Below are positions 1 to 10,379 of a stretch of DNA of 34,668 bases, piece by piece. The position numbers and the translations under genes are program-made. Source of the DNA: Octopus bimaculoides (taxonomy: Eukaryota). The stretch covers positions 130,548,989 to 130,583,656 of the forward strand of contig NC_068983.1 in NCBI RefSeq assembly GCF_001194135.2. The letters run 5' to 3'. Under the pieces are notes generated by a model. That model ran no database searches, had not been told where the DNA came from, and was given only the letters and a program-made list of their open reading frames with translations. Each line of letters opens with the position of its first letter. Position 1 is the first letter of the stretch.

Positions 1-4
1 ATAT

Positions 5-500
5 GGAGGCGCAATGGCGCAGTGGTTAGGGCAGCGGATTCGCGGTCGTAGGATCCCGGTTTCGATTCTGAGACCGGACATTCTGAGTGTTTATTGAGCG
101 AGAATACCTAAAGCTCTACGAAGCTCTGGCAGAGGGTGATGGTGAACCCTGCAGTGATCGTTCACCACAACCTTCCCTTACTCTTTCTTCCTCCTTCTGC
201 TGTACCTGTATTTCAAAGAGCCAGCCTTGTCACGCTCTGTCTCACGCTGAATCTCCACGAGAACTACGGTAAGGGTACACGTGTCTATGGAGTGCTCAGC
301 CACTTGCACATTAATGAATGAACTGCGACGTTACTGGTACCAAGCTGTATCGGCCTTGGATAACATCAGTGACGTGGAGAGGGGACGCTGGTATGCATGG
401 ACGACTGCGGGTCCTTGATAAACAACCTTCCCCACACTTTTCACTCGGAGGGTAACTTTCTAGGTGCAATGCCATGGTCATTCATGACAGAAGGGTCACA
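5..500 (+). mobile_element. tRNA-derived SINE, family A, near full length, ending in a (TA)n tract
   Basis: Pol III A box TGGCGCAGTGG (15-25) and B box GGTTTCGATTC (58-68) in a tRNA-like head. Head and body are homologous to the reverse-strand copy at 17908-18251 (shared blocks such as GGAGTGCTCAGCCACTTGCAC). Confidence 0.85.
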
Positions 501-505
501 ACACA

Positions 506-665
506 ATTATATATATATATATATGCATGCATGTATGTTTGCATTATATATATATATACACACACACATATATGTATGCATATAAATTTATATATATATG
601 TATATAAATTTATATACATATATATGTATATAAATTAATATACGTATACGTATATACATTTATAC

Positions 666-728
<63 letters not shown>

Positions 729-760
729 TGTGTATGTGTGTGCGTGTGTGTGTGTGTTTG
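506..760. repeat. Compound (TA)n/(TG)n microsatellite
   Basis: Directly visible dinucleotide runs. Confidence 0.95.
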
Positions 761-1013
761 GATGTTTGTATATATGTATTATTCAAAAGAATTCCAACAA
801 TGTCAGTTTTTTTTGTTTGTTTTATGTTTTATTTACATTCTTATAATATTAATGTAGAATATAGAATATATAGTATATATAGTATAATGAAATGAAGTAT
901 TTATTGTCTTATTGAATAAATGAAATATTGAACATCAAATATTAAAGGACTAGTATACTTTCTTGCATTTAAGCAGTCTTCAAGATCCCAGGTTGTGACA
1001 GGAATGTTTCACA

Positions 1014-1197
1014 TTCAACTATAACATTCATTGGAATACCTTAGCCAAGTGTAAGCCTTACAGCAACGGAATTGGAAGGTGCGGTCTTTGTGATATGGAA
1101 ATATGGCTTATCTGAAAAAGCTCCTTAGACCCCACTAAATTCAAGAACTGAACTTTTTGGATCATGTCTATATATGGCTAGATATTTGTTACGTTAT
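1014..1197 (+). pseudogene. Penelope-like element relic: C-terminal part of the GIY-YIG region with a CxxC motif
   Basis: Translates as FNYNIHWNTLAKCKPYSNGIGRCGLCDMEIWLI*KSSLDP, then after a frameshift LNSRTELFGSCLYMARYLL. This matches the PLE C-terminal pattern I recall (I-x-W-x-I-L...PYSNG-x-x-RC-x-LC-x-x-E...LN-x-R-x-EL-x-x-x-C). Confidence 0.7.
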
Positions 1198-1384
1198 TGG
1201 TCCCCCCAAGACCACAGATTAAAGCTCCTTTTTATATTGTGTACACGTACAAGCATTTCATTCCTTACATAGATATTTTTATATTTTTCATATATTTATA
1301 TATATATATATATATATNNNNNNNNNNNNNNNNNNNNNNNNNNNNNNNNNNNNNNNNNNNNNNNNNNNNNNNNNNNNNNNNNNN

Positions 1385-1397
1385 GCTCTTCCGATCT
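1385..1397 (+). other. Illumina adapter remnant (assembly artefact)
   Basis: GCTCTTCCGATCT starts exactly at the right edge of an N gap. It equals the 3' end of the Illumina TruSeq/paired-end adapter. Confidence 0.85.
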
Positions 1398-1699
1398 ATA
1401 TATTTACTTATATTTTATTGCTTTATACATTTATATATTTTTCTCTATATTACCTTTCACCCTGCATATTTGTGCATGTGTGAAAGGAGACGTGTATATG
1501 AACAGAAATGTGTTTGTATAGGTATTTATACGTGTGTGTGTGCATGTATGTGTTTTACGGGAATGTGAGTATGTGCATATATGCATATGTACGTGGGTGT
1601 GCGTGCGCGCATGTATATGTATGTACATGCGCACACACGTGGATTCTATGAGTGGGATTTTACCTTCTTGGAGTAATTTTACTTTCTTCCTATCCGGGA

Positions 1700-1822
1700 A
1701 ATTTCCCTTTATTTAACGGTCATTCCCATAGGACTTTTGTTTGTCTTAATAACGGTCATTTTCATAGTAATTTCCCTTTATTCAAAAGTCATGTTCATAG
1801 CATTTTTGTTTGTCTCAATAAC
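1700..1822. repeat. Imperfect 69-bp tandem duplication built from ~35-bp alternating subunits
   Basis: AATTTCCCTTTATT at 1700 and 1769; TTTGTTTGTCT at 1736 and 1805; TAACGGTCATT at 1714 and 1750. Confidence 0.8.
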
Positions 1823-2419
1823 TGACGAGATTCCAGAGCAGACTCCAGCCATGACATCCGACTAATTTGTCAGACATTATATTTATAGATGAACTCATCT
1901 ATTTACATAATATCGAGGACTCATTCATTCTTTTGTTGTCATATATGCATGCGTGTATGTAGGCATGCGTCTATTTATATATATGCGTGCATGTGTGTAT
2001 GTCTACATGTATGTGTGTATATAGAGACAAGCAGAGTGATAGCGAGACTTATGGATAACATTTTATGTGATGTTAGCCTCTTTGTTCACTCCTATAAACC
2101 TTTAATAAAACATTTTGTTTATTTTGGAGAATTACTTATTTTCATTTTTTGATTCCTTTGTGTTATTGAAATGCCTTCTGTGTGATGAAATTCAGATATA
2201 GTGTTACGAATGTGCAATATGTTGAATTAAGTAATACGATTATTTTTCATACTTTGCATAATGTTGGGATTGGGTGGTTCTATCATGTGAATACCTAAAC
2301 GAATATCTAACAATGGAATGTAATTATTGCCCATTATATTGGTATGCTGAACTGTGCGTACTCGACATAAAAAATACTGCATGAACCTTCTCTATTCCTC
2401 TCTGTCTGTCTGTATCTTT

Positions 2420-2426
2420 TTTTCTC

Positions 2427-2461
<35 letters not shown>

Positions 2462-2720
2462 CTCTCTTTGACACACACACACACACACACATACATATAT
2501 ATATCTATTTAGATAGCCATCTATACATATATGTACATGTATACACAAATACATGTCTGTATGTACGCATATATGCGTATATCTATATATACATACACAG
2601 ACATTTATATATATATATATATAGATATTTCTCTGTGCTTGTACGTATGCACACACATGTATGCATCAATCTTTATGTTTTCAACATACATATATATCTA
2701 TATGTCTTATAGAATTATCG
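2420..2720. repeat. Compound (TC)n/(AC)n/(TA)n microsatellite region
   Basis: Directly visible. Confidence 0.9.
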
Positions 2721-3238
2721 AGCGTCCTACTATATGAAATTTATCTATATTGCGGAAAAATATCCTAAATATTGTATAAACTTGTCAGGTGTTCACCAGG
2801 GATGCTACGATTTATCCGTCAAGATAAATATTTCTTCAGAATTGACAATCTATACATAACAGGTCTTGTGAAACTACGTACTAAATATAAGCATTTTAAC
2901 GTAATAAGCATTTAAATTTAATTAGCATTTAAACCATTTTCGTACCACAGTTCATACGGCCGACAGATCTGCAGATATGTTGATCTATTTACAGATTTTG
3001 ATAGCTGTTTCCACTCTAAGTATCCTCTGTCCTTATCCATGCCACCCGTAATACTAAACTACTTCTAAATCAGTCATAGAATATACGCCTTCCTTACATT
3101 TATTTCCAAATATACATGATTGAGGTTCTTTTAACTGACGTTTCTTCAATTCATAATGTTTTTCTACGATGTGGTTGATATGATTATATTCAGAGAGTTC
3201 TCCAAACGAATTATATTATTAGTATAAACTTTCGGCAT

Positions 3239-3378
3239 AATGCCAGCAATTTCTAGATATAACGGTAAGTCTTTTAAATCGACCTTGGTGCCCTGCTGGT
3301 TTTTATTTTATCGATTCTGCGAGGATGAAATGCTAAATCAACCTCGGTGGAATTTGAACTCACAACGTAAAGACGTGG
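3239..3378 (-). mobile_element. tRNA-derived SINE, family B, 5'-truncated
   Basis: Reverse complement reads GAGTTCAAATTCCACCGAGGTTGA...TTTCATCC...GATAAAATAAAAACCAG...GGTCGAT...AAATTGCTGGCA, matching the other family B copies. Confidence 0.8.
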
Positions 3379-3412
3379 TTTATAGTAACAGGTTAATTAT
3401 TCGGTACATTCG

Positions 3413-3413
<1 letters not shown>

Positions 3414-3452
<39 letters not shown>

Positions 3453-3520
3453 ACTCGTGAACACACACGTTCACAGATACACACAGACTTATACGTACAC
3501 ACAGACACACACGCACATAC
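3414..3520. repeat. (AC)n microsatellite, degenerate at the right end
   Basis: Directly visible. Confidence 0.9.
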
Positions 3521-4193
3521 GCGATAGATTATTCAATACGTTTAATAAAACTGTGGCCACAAATGTAGTTTTTGATAATGATCTGTAAAAATAATGAAGA
3601 TCATACTGAGAGTGATCTGAGGGGATATAGTTGCCAATAGGTGGACGTGCGACGATTTTGTTAGTATCACAGGTAAGTAGAATTCAAACAGCAATCAGTT
3701 CAAGGAAATTTCACTACTTCGCATTCAAGGAAACATCTTTCAACACCTTGTCCCCTCTGTTGACATTATTCCTTTTGGAGACCAAGTATGTTAACACATT
3801 AGATTATCATTCCTATCGTTGTTTCTGTTCTAGAAATATTTTACCGTTTCAGTAAATTCTTCTCACTAAGCATGATATAGTTCTCCAAGCCCAAAGTTGC
3901 ACTACGTATAACGTTACATGAATTTAAATATATGTTTCATTTCTTCATGTTAAATTCGAACCTGTCAATATTATTTTTATTACATGCCTATTTTTTTTCT
4001 ATGGAAGGGTATATATATTATATGTATATCATATTTACGTGATCATTTTGTCCTGGCATTCTGTCTAAACTCTTGAGTTCATTTAGCATCAAGTTTACCT
4101 TAACGTTGCAGTTTATAGAAATGATGTCTGGTATAATTTACCAATGAACTTGTTTCTACTTCTGATTTCAGTTCCCGGTATTAATCCACGTTT

Positions 4194-4405
4194 AGGTTGT
4201 GATAAGTAGAATCTTTGGCTCGCCGGGCAAAATATTTAGCAACATTTCGTCTGTTTTTACTTTTTGATTTCATATCCCTCTAAGATTGAATATTATTCTT
4301 TCGCGGCTGATAAAATATGTAGCAGCGATATACTGCTGTTGATGCCATTGACTCAACCCCTGCCCTGAAATTGCTGGCCTTGTGCAAACGTTCAAAACAA
4401 ATATT
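4194..4405 (+). mobile_element. SINE family B, diverged
   Basis: Head-like AGAATC...CGCCGGGCAAAAT, central GATAAAATA, tail GAAATTGCTGGCCTTGTGC...AAATATT. Confidence 0.65.
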
Positions 4406-7400
4406 TTCATTAATTTCTTTCTATTATTATTTATCACTACCGTTGGTATCTAAGCATTATTATCTTTGGGATAAAAACATACTCTTTTCATATTGCGACT
4501 GAAATGTTGATAACATTTAGTAGGTTTACGAGCTGGATATTTTTGTAAGATGTGTATGTCATGATTTGTAATACTGTGGCTTCTGTTTCTTTTTTCTGAA
4601 AAATATCTACGCAATGCGATATTACAATTTCATAAATCATGGTTCATATATTTCGTAATACTTGTGCAGCTGGATATAATTTGAAAGTCTCTTATATTTA
4701 CAAGTGCGAAACGTAAAGGAATACTTTTTAAAACTGAAATCAGTTATACTATTTTTCTTCTGGTTTTTCGGACATTATATTCTACATGATGATCGAAGTG
4801 CCAGCGGACCAGCATGCATATATTAAACTGGAGGAAAGTTACCAACATGGTTACAAAAACTACTTTATACTCAACAGAATACTAATCATATGTAATATGT
4901 ATTATATGATGAATATGATATTTAGTTATAAGATTTCTATTTGTTTTTTGGTTTTTGTTTTTTTTTTCTCATTTAAGAAGTAAATTTCGTTTTAATTTGT
5001 ATGTATCATGCTGGGACTGCAATAATATTTCTGGATGTTTTCCTTTTACATGGGCAGCTCAATTAATTGTTTTTCTTTAGCTAAACACTTTGAAACTTCG
5101 TATACTGGTAGAATGTGTCATACAGAACATCTTTTACTCTTAGCGTTGTTGAGAAAAGTTTCTATTTTCGAAGTTATTTCGTGTTAAAATTGTCGTATTT
5201 CGGTAATTTCAACCAATCAATGACGTGTATTCAGCTGAATTAAATTACTACTGTTGCTTGTCAACAACTTCCGGCGGCCATACTCATTTCTACAACTACA
5301 AAATTCCCCATGTTTCCTTTCTTAAAATATCATGGCGTAATTTGAAGGAGGCTTTCATTATATTCGCATCACGCCGATTGAAAATGTCATGTTTCCTCAT
5401 TGAATGAAAAAATAACAGTACCGTATTGGGCGCAAATCATTCGATTACAACAATTTTCCGAAGGTTTTCTGTCCTCTAGCTGAAGAGTATGAACAATATT
5501 TAGATATTCGATTTTCCTGATCAGCAGCATTTCTCGAAAAAGAAAGATCAATTGATACCCGCGTTTTACACGTCACTTACCAATATTCTCGAATAAAATA
5601 TAAATGTTGCTTAATCTCATTTCCATCAATATATTTCGATCAGCTATACTAAGTTGGTAGAATTCATATATTATAATTCAAATTATTGCCATTGCTTTTA
5701 TTACGTTAAAAAAACATGAAAAATATGCTAGCCGACATATTTTTTGATTCATCATCTCAGCTAACATACTTATGGAATTCTCTCTGGTTTACTGGTTTTA
5801 GAAACCTTGCCAAAGTAATGACAAAAACATGAACTTTTTATGATATGTTTTTCTTCAATTTTTTTCTTCTTAAAAAAAATAACAGATATAACAATAATCA
5901 AAAGTAAGAAACATACAGAAAAAAAATAACATAATTGATATAATCTATTCAAAAATATGACAGCTTCTCTTCTGTAAAGGAATAAGGATGTTTGACAATT
6001 CAAATCTGGTTATAAACAATTTTAGAAAAGAATATTCTAGAAGAAAACTGAAAGAACATTTTTCGTATAGAAGTTTGGTTTTATTTATTTCTCTGTTTCC
6101 TTTTAACTGAGATGTAAGAAGGAGGAAAGTCAAACGTTGGTAACTTGCTGACAACATGGATGTTTACAAACAAGTCAGCCTCTTTATATGTTCTGAATGA
6201 AAGCTTTCAAGTCACGATCCCAACAGATATACATCTGCTTTCAAAGAATGATTTTGACAAGAAAAACATTTCTTCAAGGTACTTTAGGAATTAAATACGA
6301 ATATTTCTGTATGTTTGCACCTATGTATAACAACACATAAGAACGTCATTCATATATATGTATGTATGCAGAGAGAGAATGAGAGGGAGAGAGGAGGAGG
6401 TTCAGAGTGAGAGAGAGAAAGAAAGAGGGAGGGAATGAGAACAAAACAAGTCAAGTTTTCAAATGCAACGCCATTGTGTTTACAAACTTTCCGTTAATCT
6501 CAGATAAAACTTGGGATGAAGAATATGTGATGGGTCAATGCTATATTGTCAATAATGGAAGTGAGATGATTCCACCTCGGTTAATGTGATTGTTATTTTT
6601 TCTTCTCTCGGTTACGAAAGCAAAAGCAAAAAAGTTCATAACAACAGTTTATTTACTATTATATTATACATCCGTTCAAATATATAGACGGTGTGTTATC
6701 GCCAGAATCAGTTTCAAGATATCAAGTACATCATTCTCAAACTCATTTAAAAGCATACATTATGAAAGAACATACTGATGTATGTATGTGTATATATACA
6801 TATATATATACACGCATGCACATTAGTGTCTGTGTGTGAATGTGTGTGTGTTTTTCTTTGGCTATTTACTTATAAACAGCTTACTAGCGACACCAGTGCC
6901 TGAATAGCCACTGAAATTCTATATATCATTGAAAAGGAGATTCACGTGTTATGTCGTGACTGAATCGCTGCCCTTCAGGAGCCCAAGCCGGGGGAAACCA
7001 CGTCATCTAGTTCCAGTCGCCGTAGCAGACAGTTCTCGTCTGTCAACAGTATATATGATTGCTTATTTTGCACTACGTGTCCATTTGAGGGGTCATCTCA
7101 AGAAAAAAAATAAGGCAATGTTCCGTGTACTAACACAATATCTACGTCCAGTTGGCGACAAACATTGACTTGTCTGAATAGTTAGAGCTGTCTTAACCTT
7201 CCCTCTTTTGGAATATCTAGGATTAATTAACATTTCTTTTTCATTCTAATTTGCTCGGGTGAGATTCCAGAAAATTCGACTGCTTATCTAGGAGATCAAT
7301 TGGTTCCTTTGCTTATTATGTTGATGGTGTGTGTCATAATATTGTGGATACGAATACATTGTTTTCTGGCTCCTAAAATAATAGTGATGGTGACGATGAT

Positions 7401-7430
7401 GATGATAATAATAGGAATAAAATAAGAAAT

Positions 7431-7837
7431 AGAAGCCCGACGAGGGTGTATAAGTTATACAATGTGCCGGAAATGTGCCGGAAATGGGGATTGAAGCTGG
7501 AAACACATGGTTCAATCGTTGAATCGAAAATGTACTGGAGTCGGAGAAATGTAAGATTTTGTGGGATTTTCCTATTCAAACTGATAAGAAACAAGATGAT
7601 AATAGATCAGACATAATGATTATAGATTAGGAAAAGTGAAGTTGCTTTCTTATCGACCCATAATGGCTGTTTGATTTCAGAATCGTAGAGAAATAGAAAG
7701 AAAATTTTAAAAAAGGAAATACGAAGAATTTGGAGCATGCGAACAATAAAGGTCGTGTCTATAATAAATGGTGCGTTGGGAACTGTAATCCAAGATATTG
7801 ACAACTGGCTGAAAGAGATCGAAATAGAATTCATTAT
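7431..7837 (+). pseudogene. R4/Dong-clade non-LTR retrotransposon relic, restriction-like endonuclease domain
   Basis: Translates (with stops and frameshifts) as MCRKWG...ENVLESEKCKILWDFPIQTDKKQDDNRSDIMIID*EK*SCFLID...FDFRIVEK...EIRRIWSMRTIKVVSIINGALGTVIQDIDNWLKEIEIE. KILWDFP is at 7553-7573 and GALGTV at 7770-7787, typical of the R4/Dong PD-(D/E)xK domain. An 11-bp tandem duplication lies at 7461-7482. Confidence 0.85.
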
Positions 7838-7848
7838 TACTGTAAGCT

Positions 7849-8027
7849 TAGACGGCGAAGTGCTTTCGTCTGTTATTGTGTTCTGAGTTCAAATTCCACC
7901 TAGGTTGACTTTGCCTTTCACCATTTCGTGCTCTATAGATTAAGTACTAGTGAAACACTGGAGTTGATCTAATCGACTTGTCGTCCCCACAAATTTCATG
8001 CCTTGTGCCTATAGTAGAATGAATTAA
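7849..8027 (+). mobile_element. SINE family B (GCCTATAGTAGAA tail variant), 5'-truncated, with an 11-bp TSD
   Basis: B box-like GAGTTCAAATTCC, core GACTTTGCCTTTCA, and flanking direct repeat TACTGTAAGCT at 7838-7848 and 8028-8038. Confidence 0.85.
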
Positions 8028-8618
8028 TACTGTAAGCTGTCATATGAGACAAGGTTTGAATATCACAAACTTTGCATTTCCCACCGAAAGATGTCAATCG
8101 TTGAGTTAAGTAATTCCATCCAAGTCGGGTGACTTTCAGTAGACAGACTTCCCGATCGAAGGATGAGGCATGAATTTCAATCTTGGTTTAAGTTACTTTT
8201 AGCTGTCTCATCTGCACACGCCACGAATATACTTGATCATAGTATTTTGCAAACTGACCTGATTGATTGTGACGTTGGCAGGTTAAACTACACCCGGTAG
8301 TGGGACCTTGTTTTAGGTTAAAAGGTATTTGAGCACTCTCTTAGATACAATTATTCCTAGTTCTACTCTGACGCGGAATAGTACCTCCTGCCATGAGCCC
8401 AGTTATGTGTTACAAATCGTTTGACCATACAAGCAGGAATACGCTAAAATCACGGCATGCTTGAAGGTGGATATGAACTATTTCGGTAGATGAAATTATT
8501 GAGTCAATGGTGAATATCCAAATTATTAATCTGGCATTAATAGAATTTTTTGCTCAGCATGCTAACGATTCAGGTAAGGTCGCCGACTTAAATCTGGCAT
8601 CAATATTAGCAATGCATA

Positions 8619-8828
8619 GGGCAGTGAGTTGGCAGAATTGTTAGTATATCGGCCAAAGTTCTCAGGTATCTATAGGTTCTGAGTTTAAATTCCATCAAGG
8701 TCGACTTTGCTTTTCATATTTTCAGTGTCGATAAATTAAATACTAGTTGAACTCTGTGGTCGGTGTAATCGACTTGAGACCGCCCCACAAAAAATTACTG
8801 GACTTGTGCCGCAATTGAAACCAATATT
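8619..8828 (+). mobile_element. SINE family B, full length
   Basis: Head GGCAGTGAGTTGGCAGAATTGTTAG, B box-like GAGTTTAAATTCC, core GTCGACTTTGCTTTTCAT...GTCGATAAATTAA, tail GAAACCAATATT. Confidence 0.85.
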
Positions 8829-9526
8829 AGAAGTATATTACAGTTGTATACTAACTTGACCAATAACGGCCAGCCCGCTAGCTTCTTAGATTAGTTTACA
8901 GCAGCACTGATAGAGGGATCAGCTTACAGGCCCCATACTACTGATAATGACTTCACCTTAAAAGTATGTCGATATCGTCTATGATATCATATTGCAAACA
9001 GGAAATTACCGGTGTAATAATCTATATACAATCTATATACAAGAATAGAATTAACATACCACATCAGTTTATGATTCTTGAATGGTATATGCCTCCAAAT
9101 ATGATAATGCCGATATTTGCATTAGTTTAAATATTGTTATTACAATTCTGTTATCATTTTACAGTTATGTAAGTAACTATTTCGGCATTATGTGTATGTC
9201 AATTAAGTATCAGATACCTAGTAAATCAGTCTTGATTCTGATATTAGCCGCATTCAAAAGGATAATAATTGAGACTTTCAAACAGATGAAAAGACAAAAA
9301 TCTTAATGCCACGAATAATATACAAAAATGTTGTCGGTCTAGACTGAAGTACTTGACTATTTCCGCAAGAACGAAAGAATACGTGTAACCCATGGTATCT
9401 ATATTTATTTGATAGAGAATTGCAAATACACACCAGGTGGCATTTAGACTAACATTTTATAGTTTCTGCTTTTTTCTTCAAAACGAAACAGAAAAATTGC
9501 TGCTGCTGCTGGTAATAATGATGATA

Positions 9527-10064
9527 TTCACAGGGCACTGGCTCTCTTGACTTCTCATCTTAACCCATTGGAAGTGTTATTATGTACATTGTTTTATCTC
9601 GGTATAAATATTCTGCTCAATACCACAGATTTGCTTGTTAGTGGTTTGACCTTCACCAGTTGAGCATGTCCCTTAGTGGCTCACGAAATGTGCATCTCTG
9701 ATCACGAGCAGAAATATCGGGGGAGCATCACAGCCATGTGTTGAAAGGAAATCCTTGGGGTTTGGATAATTCACCTTTGGAAATATGGGTGTTTCGTTCA
9801 ACACCCTTAAACAACCCTTATTCAGGGACCTTTTCAGTGATATGGGCTACTCGACGGGATGAAAATTCTAACTGGGTCCCACTTGCAAGGTCATGCACAG
9901 TCTATCTTGAAATGAGATCACAATGATGTATGTGCCTCGTATACTTTTATCAGACGGGTAGTCATCATAGGTATATAGGGCTTCGTATATTTTACTCCAG
10001 TGTCACTTTGATTGCATGCACTGCTCTTTTACTCCATAATAACAACAACAACAACAACAACAAC

Positions 10065-10117
<53 letters not shown>

Positions 10118-10131
10118 TAACAACAATAATA
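9527..10131 (+). mobile_element. Putative non-coding retroposon ending in a long (AAC)n(AAT)n tail
   Basis: About 510 bp of GC-elevated non-coding sequence bounded by TAATAATGATGATA (9513-9526) on the left and a ~95-bp AAC/AAT tract (10036-10131) on the right. No tRNA head and no recognisable ORF. There is no second copy in the window, so repeat status is recall plus inference. Confidence 0.45.
10036..10131. repeat. (AAC)n(AAT)n microsatellite
   Basis: Directly visible. Confidence 0.97.
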
Positions 10132-10379
10132 TTTTTAAAGGATTGACGTAACTCTTCACAGAGGTAAACAGGCAATACGAATAGAGTGATGCGTTTTCAA
10201 TATATATTTTATTGGATGAACGATATTACGGTAGCTAGCATGTTTTTGTCGAGTTCAAAATGAAAAGTGATAAAAATTCAAAACTATAGAAATTCAAATC
10301 TAAAACGTGAACGAAAGCAGCCAGCGTTCCCACGTCTTCCAAATTCAAGTTTACATCTGGCAACAAAAAATGTAAGAGA

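Noticed and set aside
5-80. tRNA gene at the window start
   Set aside because: It has A and B boxes but no complete cloverleaf or T-run terminator and continues into a repeated SINE body, so it is a SINE head
397-3527. Multiple 60-120 aa ORFs rich in CV, YI, HT or ER repeats
   Set aside because: Translations of (TG)n, (TA)n, (CA)n and (GA)n microsatellites
6885-7170. GC-elevated segment with a 79-aa ORF and CACGTG/CACGTCA motifs
   Set aside because: No recognisable protein motif in any frame and no convincing splice-site pair; isolated short motifs are not enough
9165-9168. Possible 4-nt microexon (TTTTACAG|TTAT|GTAAGT)
   Set aside because: Not frame-preserving, and such patterns are expected by chance in AT-rich DNA
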